Part shown: positions 7,951 through 15,368 of the stretch, one piece after another
Layout: every line of letters starts with the position of its first letter
How positions within the stretch are numbered: position 1 is the first letter of the stretch
Source: an uncultured bacterium
Lineage (GTDB): Bacteria; Cyanobacteriota; Vampirovibrionia; Gastranaerophilales; Gastranaerophilaceae
Reading direction: 5' to 3'
NCBI GenBank assembly: GCA_903885635.1
Contig: CAISJE010000076.1
Span: forward strand, 588-64,587
DNA length: 64,000 nt
Position numbers and translations under genes: made by a program
Notes under the pieces: generated by a model
The model's database searches: none
Seen by the model: the letters and a program-made list of their open reading frames with translations, nothing else
Told to the model about the DNA's origin: nothing

Positions 7951-8028
7951 CTTGGTTGCTCGCAATAAACGGGTCTACACGGCAAGGCTCTTCGCCTTGA
8001 CCGTTACGCCCTCTGCTCGCAATCCGCT
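7951..8028 (-). repeat. GC-rich structured junction element, copy A
   Basis: On the minus strand it reads AGCGGATTGCGAGCAGAGG, then a hairpin (7979-8004), then CCGTTTATTGCGAGCAACCAAG. It spans the amidase stop and ends just before the RBS of the next gene. Confidence 0.6.
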
Positions 8029-8525
8029 TTCTTGATTTGAGTAATATACCAACTGATTTTATTTCTTAAATATTCTCCAATCTTTTCTTTTTCCAAATTT
8101 GGTAAAAATGGGAGATAAGTAAAATCAATTTTTCCATAGCTTGTTGTTTTAGGATGTTCGAGTCCGAATTCATGATGCGTAAATACAGCTTCAGGCGAAA
8201 CCTTAATTCCGTATTTAATACAAAGTTCTGCTGCCAATTTGCAGAATGCTTCGACCTGAATTTTGGTAAGCGGATATTTTGTTTTTTTGTCTTGTAAATT
8301 AAAATCAGCCATTCCAAGTGCAGACAAGCCGATACATCCAGTATTACCCCCTCCGCAATGCATAGCATATTTATTGGGTTTGCAGATTAAATTATCTTCG
8401 GGCTTAAATCGTCCCTGATGAACCTTCCCAAGAGCATCAACAACAAAATGATATGCTTTTAAATCAACCTCGCAAGGTGAAGATGCACCGGCACTCCAGT
8501 GTAAACAAATTTTAGTTAGTGGCAT
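8004..8525 (-). CDS. N-acetylmuramoyl-L-alanine amidase-type endolysin (Amidase_2/PGRP-like)
   Basis: N-terminal ICLHWSAGAS...YHFVV...H and a later HCGGGNTGCIGL, typical of T7-lysozyme-like amidases. Last gene of the tail operon. Confidence 0.65.
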   Translation of the reverse strand: MPLTKICLHWSAGASSPCEVDLKAYHFVVDALGKVHQGRFKPEDNLICKPNKYAMHCGGGNTGCIGLSALGMADFNLQDKKTKYPLTKIQVEAFCKLAAELCIKYGIKVSPEAVFTHHEFGLEHPKTTSYGKIDFTYLPFLPNLEKEKIGEYLRNKISWYITQIKKADCEQRA

Positions 8526-8538
8526 ATAGTTCTCCTTT

Positions 8539-8889
8539 CTATGTTAGATTTATTAATTCTTCTCTCAGTGCTTGAACTTGTTCGGTATAAAAATCAAGCC
8601 AAGTTTCGCCCGTTGATTCGTCTTTTATTTGTGGCTCACAAATTGCCCTGACTCTTTTTTTATCAAGCTCATCAATTTGTGCTTGAAGGTTAACTTTTGT
8701 CGCTTGATTTTCAGCCTGAGTAATTTTGTTTTTATACTCTTGGGTTTTTGAAATATCAGTTAAAACCCCGTCAAGCACTTCATATTTGTTTAGGTCAAAA
8801 CTTGAATAATCTATATCGACAAATTCATAATCCAAATAAGGGAAATCGCACCAGCTTAATAATTGATTGTTTTTAATTTCTACGTACAT
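8539..8889 (-). CDS. putative tail-fibre assembly chaperone
   Basis: ATG at 8889 after AAAGGAAAA, directly downstream of the tail fibre gene. Call is by position only. Confidence 0.4.
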   Translation of the reverse strand: MYVEIKNNQLLSWCDFPYLDYEFVDIDYSSFDLNKYEVLDGVLTDISKTQEYKNKITQAENQATKVNLQAQIDELDKKRVRAICEPQIKDESTGETWLDFYTEQVQALREELINLT

Positions 8890-8909
8890 TATTTGTTTTT
8901 CCTTTCTTT

Positions 8910-11258
8910 TTAAGCCCCCAAACAAGGGTAAAACACTAAACTCAGAGCTCTTGCAGTTGCATAAGCTGCTTTGTAATATATTCCTTTGGAAATAGGCATT
9001 AAAGTGCCGTTCCCGAAGCCTTGACCATCAAATCTGCTTACTGAGAATGATGTCCAGGTTGAATTGTTGTAACTTACGTAAAAAGTTGAACCAAAATCTG
9101 CTTGAACATACACATAACCATCTGATTCAGCTTGATATGAAATATTCCAAGACTTGCTGATACCATTTGCATAATTTGGCATGGATAAATTCGGAATGGA
9201 TTTTGCTAAATTATTCCCGAGTGCAAGTGCTGTTTGAGTGGTAACATCATATCCGTTTTGATTAAAAGGACTTGTGGTAACCGCTGTAATTATAGAGTTT
9301 GCGACCGTTACAGTACCTAAAATTACATATTGAGTTTCTACCCAAGCACCGCCTACATATTTGTATGTTTTTAATCCCATAGCCGTTAAACAGTGGTAAC
9401 AACGATCGATGGGGGCAGTTGGGAAAGTTTTTCCTTGAGATATTTTTGTTGATATTACAGAAATAGGGTTTGAACCTGCTTCTTTTAAAATTGTATAACC
9501 TCCATCAAGAAGTACAGTGCCACTTGCATTTTCAACTAATATTTCAACCTCATTTACGGTCAAGTAATCAGTGCCGTTATTTACAATACTATCTAAGAAA
9601 AATTCGTTCGTATCCACAGGCGTGGGAAGCATATAGACTCGTCTTTGTGAGGTTGTCCATCCGATTTCATTGGTTCTTGTATCAATAATATTGCCTGATG
9701 CATCTTTTAGCACCCAAGATTTGGGCGAACGGAGTAATAAAGCGGGTTCGTAGTTTCCTGTTATTGCATAACCCAATATTTTACCAAAAGTTCCGGTATT
9801 TTTATGGAACTTTAAAAAGCCTGTTGCCGTTGAAGACCGATAACGAGTTGTAACGGAATTATCCGCCGAATTCCAAGCTGGCTCTGCTTCTGTTGTAGCC
9901 GTTAGCGTAATCCCGTTACTTGAATTTGCAGTTAATATAGGCAAAGAATTACTAACTTTTGTTCTAATATCTGTTATACTCGTCAAACTTGTTAATACTT
10001 CTTGTGATTTGTCCGCATAAGTCAAGGTTAAATTGGAATAAGAACCGCCGACCTTGAAAGATACAGTTGTACCAGTACAAGAAAGCAAATCAGCCTCTCC
10101 ATTATTAAGGTTCCCTGAATTCGGGCAGCATTTAGTAGAAAGATTTGGGAGACTGTTGGTAACATAATCTTTTACGTTTTTGTATGAAGGAATATCTAAG
10201 TCAGCCGAAGCACTTACCACAGCAGAATAAGACAAAAGACTTGTCGCTGTTACAGTTCCGTCCTTTTTTAAATAATTTAAACCTGCAATATAGTCTTTGA
10301 CATTTTTGTATGAAGGTATGCTTAAATCCGCAGAAGCAGTTACGCTAGATGCATAAGATAAAAGGCTTGTAGCCGTGACGGTTCCATCTTTTTTTAAATA
10401 ATTTAATCCTGTAATATAATCTTTGACATTTTTATAAGATGGAATATGTGTATCGGCAGATGCACTCACAGCAGAGGCGTAAGATAATAATGCCGTCGCC
10501 GTTACTGTGCCATCCTTTTTTAAATAATTTAGTCCTGTAACATAGTCTTTGACATTTTTGAAAGACGGAATATCTAAATCAGCCGAAGCACTTACAACTG
10601 CCGCATAGCCAAGAAGTGAAGTCGCTTTATTTGTACCGTCCGTCTTAATAATATTGCTTAATTCAACAGACAATTTATTGCTAAGAAGTTTTAAAGTTGT
10701 GTCAAATTCAAGTGAAATAGTTCCGTTTGTATTTTTCATTGGTAAAGTGCAAATAGTCTCAGGAACATTTTCTGTAATCAGATTTATGACTTCTGAAGTT
10801 GTTGGTACAACTTGGCTTGTGGGGGTCAAAACCGCTTGCGTTTGCGGATTTGTGTAAATTATTTTTGGAGTAAAAGTTAACGGTTGGTACAATCCTGAAG
10901 CAAGGGCGAATTTATCCTGTGCCGGGAGTTTGCAGATTAAAATCAAATCGCCGTCATCATCAAAAAGCCCGAGTTCACGAATCGTAAATCCACCGACATC
11001 AGCAGGTATGAAGCATTTGTATAAAACTTCGTTTGAAGCTGACGGATTTATTACGATTTGGCTTTGAGTTCCTGCCGAGAAAGTTCCTGTATATTTTGTA
11101 TTTTTGAGTGCGGTTTGATTTTCATTTGGTTCATAATAAGTACCATTTCCATCGCCAACTTTGAATGTTGTTATGTTTAGCGGTGTGTTATTTGCCTCCG
11201 CCAAAGCTTTTTTCTGTTGTCCTTTTATAGTTAATTTATTTGTAAAAGTTTCACTCAT
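8910..11258 (-). CDS. tail fibre protein (P2 gpH / Mu S-like N-terminus)
   Basis: N-terminal FKVGDGNGTYYEPNENQTALKN...IRELGLFDDDGDLILICKLP matches the conserved fibre N-domain pattern. 782 aa with internal tandem repeats. Confidence 0.8.
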   Translation of the reverse strand: MSETFTNKLTIKGQQKKALAEANNTPLNITTFKVGDGNGTYYEPNENQTALKNTKYTGTFSAGTQSQIVINPSASNEVLYKCFIPADVGGFTIRELGLFDDDGDLILICKLPAQDKFALASGLYQPLTFTPKIIYTNPQTQAVLTPTSQVVPTTSEVINLITENVPETICTLPMKNTNGTISLEFDTTLKLLSNKLSVELSNIIKTDGTNKATSLLGYAAVVSASADLDIPSFKNVKDYVTGLNYLKKDGTVTATALLSYASAVSASADTHIPSYKNVKDYITGLNYLKKDGTVTATSLLSYASSVTASADLSIPSYKNVKDYIAGLNYLKKDGTVTATSLLSYSAVVSASADLDIPSYKNVKDYVTNSLPNLSTKCCPNSGNLNNGEADLLSCTGTTVSFKVGGSYSNLTLTYADKSQEVLTSLTSITDIRTKVSNSLPILTANSSNGITLTATTEAEPAWNSADNSVTTRYRSSTATGFLKFHKNTGTFGKILGYAITGNYEPALLLRSPKSWVLKDASGNIIDTRTNEIGWTTSQRRVYMLPTPVDTNEFFLDSIVNNGTDYLTVNEVEILVENASGTVLLDGGYTILKEAGSNPISVISTKISQGKTFPTAPIDRCYHCLTAMGLKTYKYVGGAWVETQYVILGTVTVANSIITAVTTSPFNQNGYDVTTQTALALGNNLAKSIPNLSMPNYANGISKSWNISYQAESDGYVYVQADFGSTFYVSYNNSTWTSFSVSRFDGQGFGNGTLMPISKGIYYKAAYATARALSLVFYPCLGA
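10158..10640 (-). repeat. about 3.8 in-frame tandem copies of a 126-bp (42-aa) unit inside the tail fibre gene
   Basis: Unit DGTVTATxLLSYAxxVxASADxxIPSYKNVKDYxTGLNYLKK occupies residues 207-367. Confidence 0.9.
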
Positions 11259-11261
11259 AAT

Positions 11262-11786
11262 TTATCCAATCATTATTTCATTTTCTGCGTTTGTGTAAGT
11301 TAGCCAGTCGCCTGTGGTATCAAATTGGGATTCAATACTTATTTCTTCAAGCACGCTTCTAACATTTTTGTATTCTTCAATCATTTTTTTTAGATTCTCA
11401 AAAATTTTCTGATTGTAAGGAAGGTTTTTGAAAAAAATGTCAACTTTAAAATGATACGGGTCACCGCCATATTCAAACCACTCTTGAATTTCACCGGTTA
11501 TATTCAAAGAGTTCAAAACTTTAATCAAGGCATATTTGGTGCCTTTGTAGCGGTGAAGTTCAATCGCCTTTTTAATCAAAGCACGTTTTTCATCGTCCGT
11601 TTTGGTGTTCAACCAACCTTCATAGCCCATAATATGAAATTGGCCGGCAAGATGAACAAGGGCAGACGAATCAATAGTGTCGACTAGATAAACAAGCAAA
11701 ACATTTGTATCAATATCTTGAAATCTCGCAAAAAGTTCATCAAAAACTTTTGAGGATATATCGTTTAAGGGTGTAATTTCACTCAT
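11262..11786 (-). CDS. tail protein, P2 gpI / Mu gp48-like
   Basis: LVHLAGQFHIMGYEGW...EKRALIKKAIELHRYKGTKYALIKVLNSL...EWFEYGGDPYHFKV matches the gpI family pattern. ATG at 11786 overlaps the upstream stop. Confidence 0.7.
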   Translation of the reverse strand: MSEITPLNDISSKVFDELFARFQDIDTNVLLVYLVDTIDSSALVHLAGQFHIMGYEGWLNTKTDDEKRALIKKAIELHRYKGTKYALIKVLNSLNITGEIQEWFEYGGDPYHFKVDIFFKNLPYNQKIFENLKKMIEEYKNVRSVLEEISIESQFDTTGDWLTYTNAENEIMIG

Positions 11787-12894
11787 CGATTTTGTCCTCC
11801 GAGTATGAAATATCAAAACGTTCTAAGTTTGCCCATTGATTTTCGCCGACTATAGTTAGAACGGGAGTTGTCAATTCAACATTGTAAACTCCATAAATTG
11901 CATTCAAAATCGCAATTATTTGATTCGGAACAATGTCTTTATTTAAAGAGCTTTTAAGGGTTGTTTGATAAGCCGTTAAACCCTCATTAACTGCTGTTTG
12001 AACGCTTGTTAAATCAGCGTAAGAATACAAAGTCAAAGTCGCATTTACTGTAAAAGTTTTTGTTTCAGGTTTTTTGACTATGACATTATCCGTCAGTGGT
12101 CTTATTTTATCGGCACTCAAATAATCTTGAACTGTTGCAATTAAATCATCGCTTGGTGTTCCTGTATCTGCTAGGGGGTAAATCTCCACCACGCCTGCGG
12201 ATGGCGAAATCACAGCGACATCGATTATGCTCTGATCCGCAGATAAAGTATGAAATTTATATGCTCCTTTACTTCCTGCGTTTGAAAAACTTTCGGGTGC
12301 TTGGCGAATTCTTTCTCTGTAATTATCGGCACTTTCTTCATCCTGACCGCCGGAGGCTATTGTAGTATTTTGTACGGTAAGAACATATCCGAGCGGAGTT
12401 ATTAAATTTGTAATTGAGTTGAGAGCATATCCGTTTGTCGCCGCTCCTGCGGTCGTGCAAACGGCATCAATCTCAACAGACAGCTCATGGGCTTTTATAA
12501 CTGCATCGTCAGTTGTTTCAAAAATATACTTGCCGTCATTTGATTCAATCTGAGTACCTAACGGAATTATTATGTCAAAATCTTGTGCAACTTCAAGAAT
12601 AAAAATAAATTTCGCTTTAGAAAATTTTGCCTCTAAAATAGGAACGCCCACAAGTTCGCCGATATGTTTTAATATTTCAAGCGGTGCGTAATTTAAAAGA
12701 TTGGATTTTGCGATTGCCTGTATTTTTATACGGATTAAATTTTCTCTATAAGAGCCTATATCGATTAATATTCTTTCAATCTGTGCATCTTGAAGAGTTT
12801 TTCCTGTTTTTTCCTGATAAAGTGCAATCCACTCATTAGTAACAGCGGTCGCATCTCTATCGATAAAATTCGGTTCTGGCAATTGTGTTGTCAT
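11779..12894 (-). CDS. baseplate protein J-like (P2 gpJ / Mu gp47)
   Basis: 371 aa, positioned between the gpW-like and gpI-like genes with 4-nt and 8-nt overlaps. Confidence 0.7.
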   Translation of the reverse strand: MTTQLPEPNFIDRDATAVTNEWIALYQEKTGKTLQDAQIERILIDIGSYRENLIRIKIQAIAKSNLLNYAPLEILKHIGELVGVPILEAKFSKAKFIFILEVAQDFDIIIPLGTQIESNDGKYIFETTDDAVIKAHELSVEIDAVCTTAGAATNGYALNSITNLITPLGYVLTVQNTTIASGGQDEESADNYRERIRQAPESFSNAGSKGAYKFHTLSADQSIIDVAVISPSAGVVEIYPLADTGTPSDDLIATVQDYLSADKIRPLTDNVIVKKPETKTFTVNATLTLYSYADLTSVQTAVNEGLTAYQTTLKSSLNKDIVPNQIIAILNAIYGVYNVELTTPVLTIVGENQWANLERFDISYSEDKIDE

Positions 12895-13256
12895 GCAATC
12901 ACCTCCGTAACCGAGGTTATGTCAGACTCTACAAGATTCCATTCGATTTTTATTTTTACGTTTGCCTCGTCAAGCTCTGCTGTAACTTGGCTGATTTCTA
13001 CTCTAGTCTCCCATTCAGTTATTGCATCAATAACTTCTCTAATAATATTCGGAATTGCTTCTTGAACAGGATAATCTATATATTGAAAAATATTTGAGCC
13101 AAAGGTAGGACGATGTGGAACAGAGCCTTTTTGAGTCGTTAAAATAATATAAATACACTGATTTATATCATCAATGCCCTGCACAACTTCGCCGATATCA
13201 TTCAACTTTGACTGCCAATCAACATATTTTATTTCGCTTAAAATAGTCGTCATCAA
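12891..13256 (-). CDS. baseplate wedge protein, GPW/gp25 family
   Basis: INQCIYIILTTQKGSVPHRPTFGSNIFQYID...AITEWETRVEI is a typical GPW/gp25 signature. Confidence 0.75.
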   Translation of the reverse strand: MMTTILSEIKYVDWQSKLNDIGEVVQGIDDINQCIYIILTTQKGSVPHRPTFGSNIFQYIDYPVQEAIPNIIREVIDAITEWETRVEISQVTAELDEANVKIKIEWNLVESDITSVTEVIA

Positions 13257-13765
13257 CTCATCTCCTTATCAGGAACGGATGTAGGACTTCCCATATTCCC
13301 GGTGTGAGTGTGAGGATTATATTTATCTCTCATCGCTTGCATTGAGCTTCTTTTATCAGATACATCTGCAGCAGAAATTATACCGGCAGAATTTTTTAAT
13401 GTTCCTGTTTGGTCGATATCTGAAATGACATTTATTCCAGTAAATTTGAGAGTTAAAATCCCTGTTTCTTTGTTGAAATTGATGTATGATTCATCCTCAA
13501 ATTTAATCATTAATTGAGTTTTGGAACTCGCAGGCGGAGCATCTAAGGCAGAATAAATTGCACCTAAAATCACACCTTCTTCTGAGTTAGTATCCATAAG
13601 ACAGGCGACATGTTCTCCGATGTCTGGAATAGCGTAAAATTTATCTTTTTGAGTTTTTTGTTGCAGGATTGGAAGCCAGTATGAAAGAACATCGTCATCC
13701 GCAAATTGCACACGAGCCTGTGCTAATGTAGAATTTATGTTCGTAACAATTCCAAACTTTAACAT
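13253..13765 (-). CDS. baseplate assembly protein V-like (central spike)
   Basis: FGIVTNI...ARVQFADDDVLSYWLPILQQKT...IPDIGEHVACLMD...GVILGAIYS follows the gpV pattern. Confidence 0.7.
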   Translation of the reverse strand: MLKFGIVTNINSTLAQARVQFADDDVLSYWLPILQQKTQKDKFYAIPDIGEHVACLMDTNSEEGVILGAIYSALDAPPASSKTQLMIKFEDESYINFNKETGILTLKFTGINVISDIDQTGTLKNSAGIISAADVSDKRSSMQAMRDKYNPHTHTGNMGSPTSVPDKEMS

Positions 13766-14727
13766 GATTTAATCTCCAAACTTGTCTTATATCCTGTGGA
13801 TTTATCAATTTTGTGTTTTGCCTGTGAGATGTGATATTTGCCAGAGAAATGTCCAATGCCTTTGAGCTCAATATTTATTCCTGCAACCAAATATTGATTG
13901 CCAATCAATTCGATTGTGCCTTCGATTCCTGTATCGCCTTTAGACATAGCGGCTTTAGCTTTTAATATTGCTTGTTGTTTATTCTCGCAACGAGAAGTGA
14001 TTTTTAAAGTATCGCCCTTGACAACACCTGAGTTTTTAACTGTGGTTTTAACTGTTTTGCCAGTTTTTGGGTTGTGATAACTTACCTGAACAGCCTTGAA
14101 TTTCTGACTTGTTTTCTCAGACAAATTTATTCTTGATAGATCTTTTTTATTAAATATTTTTGTCGGAAGTTCTGACTTTAATTTTTCAGTCTCATAGAAA
14201 ACAAGAGAGTCGGCTGTTATTTTAAAAATATAGCCATATTCTTCAGCAAGGTTTTTCAAGAACTCCAAATCTTTTTGTTGGTTTTGAGTTATGCGCTGAA
14301 TTTTAACATAAGCGATATTTCCTACTAATTTCAAATTATGTTTTTTCGCTATTTCTGAAGCGATTTGTTTTAACGATTTATTTTCATAAGCAATAGAATT
14401 CTTTTGTCTCAATGGCTTTTTAATGCTTGTCGCAAGTGCTTTTACAGTGATTGTATCGGGCGGAGTTTCATATTCAAGCTCATCAATTTCAAACTTTCCG
14501 CAATTAAGAAGTTTTTCGCCCTCGTAGCCGATTTTTAAAGTGAGAGCATCACCTTTTGAAGGAATCCAAGCAGAATGCCAAAGGTTTTCTGAATCTTCAA
14601 AAGTGATATTAATTTCATCACTTTGTCCATGTTCAAAGTCTGTATAATCAATGTTTGTAACATATTTTGCTACATCTCGTGTTATATTCTTATTTCCATA
14701 AATTAATTCGTATTTGGGGGTAAGCAT
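13759..14727 (-). CDS. late control gene D-like tail protein (P2 gpD / Mu gp44)
   Basis: 322 aa. N-terminal ...ITRDVAKYVTNIDYTDFEHGQSDEINITFED... is typical of gpD, and synteny agrees. Confidence 0.65.
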   Translation of the reverse strand: MLTPKYELIYGNKNITRDVAKYVTNIDYTDFEHGQSDEINITFEDSENLWHSAWIPSKGDALTLKIGYEGEKLLNCGKFEIDELEYETPPDTITVKALATSIKKPLRQKNSIAYENKSLKQIASEIAKKHNLKLVGNIAYVKIQRITQNQQKDLEFLKNLAEEYGYIFKITADSLVFYETEKLKSELPTKIFNKKDLSRINLSEKTSQKFKAVQVSYHNPKTGKTVKTTVKNSGVVKGDTLKITSRCENKQQAILKAKAAMSKGDTGIEGTIELIGNQYLVAGINIELKGIGHFSGKYHISQAKHKIDKSTGYKTSLEIKSC

Positions 14728-14732
14728 TTATA

Positions 14733-14948
14733 TTATTCTCTCCATGGGGGTAAATCGGTTGTAATTTCATCTGATGTTTCTATAACTGGTATTTTGAGTT
14801 TTATTCCTGCTTCTAGTGTCGGAGTAATTTCAACATCGGGGTTTGCTGTGATAATCGTTTCGTAGAGGGTTGCATCGTTGTAATATTTGTAGGAAATCAA
14901 ATCCCATCTGTCATTGTCCTTGGTGATGTAGTTGTAATACTCTGTCAT
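14733..14948 (-). CDS. tail protein X-like (LysM-like fold)
   Basis: 71 aa; YITKDNDRWDLISYKYYND...IITANPDV...LEAGIKLKIP follows the gpX pattern. Confidence 0.65.
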   Translation of the reverse strand: MTEYYNYITKDNDRWDLISYKYYNDATLYETIITANPDVEITPTLEAGIKLKIPVIETSDEITTDLPPWRE

Positions 14949-15367
14949 TGGACTTTAACTCCCTTTGCACTTTTCTTGGTCTTTGTCGTGACTTTGCCTG
15001 TATATTCACGCAACTTCAAATCGAGTTGAATAGAGTTGATGTAGCCCTCCTTGCTCGCTTGTTCAGTAACCGAAGAAATTTCAGAAATAACGAAAACTCC
15101 GACATATTCACCATTTCCTTTTATAAACTTGAGAGGGGTTGCTTTTTTAGCTGCTTCTTTTAGCTTTTTAATTTCCAATTCAGGAGTGCAAAAATTCGTG
15201 TGGAAATTTAATTTTATTGACTGTTCTTGCAAGTTTTCACCTAAAAACTGAAGCATTGGTTTTTGATTAATGCGTGGGTGTTCAGCGTAATTATAGGAAT
15301 TTGTTTCCTCAATTCCGTTGAAATATGTTATCAAATCAAATTTTATTTCTCCTAACTGTGCAAACAT
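14945..15367 (-). CDS. tail protein, P2 gpU / Mu gp43-like
   Basis: 140 aa starting MFAQLGEIKFDLI, located directly after the tape measure gene. Confidence 0.5.
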   Translation of the reverse strand: MFAQLGEIKFDLITYFNGIEETNSYNYAEHPRINQKPMLQFLGENLQEQSIKLNFHTNFCTPELEIKKLKEAAKKATPLKFIKGNGEYVGVFVISEISSVTEQASKEGYINSIQLDLKLREYTGKVTTKTKKSAKGVKVQ

Positions 15368-15368
15368 T

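Noticed and set aside
7951-8028. GC-rich elements A and B read as integron attC sites, known small ribozymes or riboswitches.
   Set aside because: The conserved flanks are direct repeats, not inverted ones, so there is no R''/R' pairing. I saw no hammerhead (CUGAUGA...GAAA), twister or other core that I could recognise by eye. This needs a proper Rfam/Infernal scan.
10158-10640. The tandem repeat region read as a CRISPR array.
   Set aside because: The repeats are contiguous with no spacers, are 126 bp long, and are in frame within the tail fibre gene.
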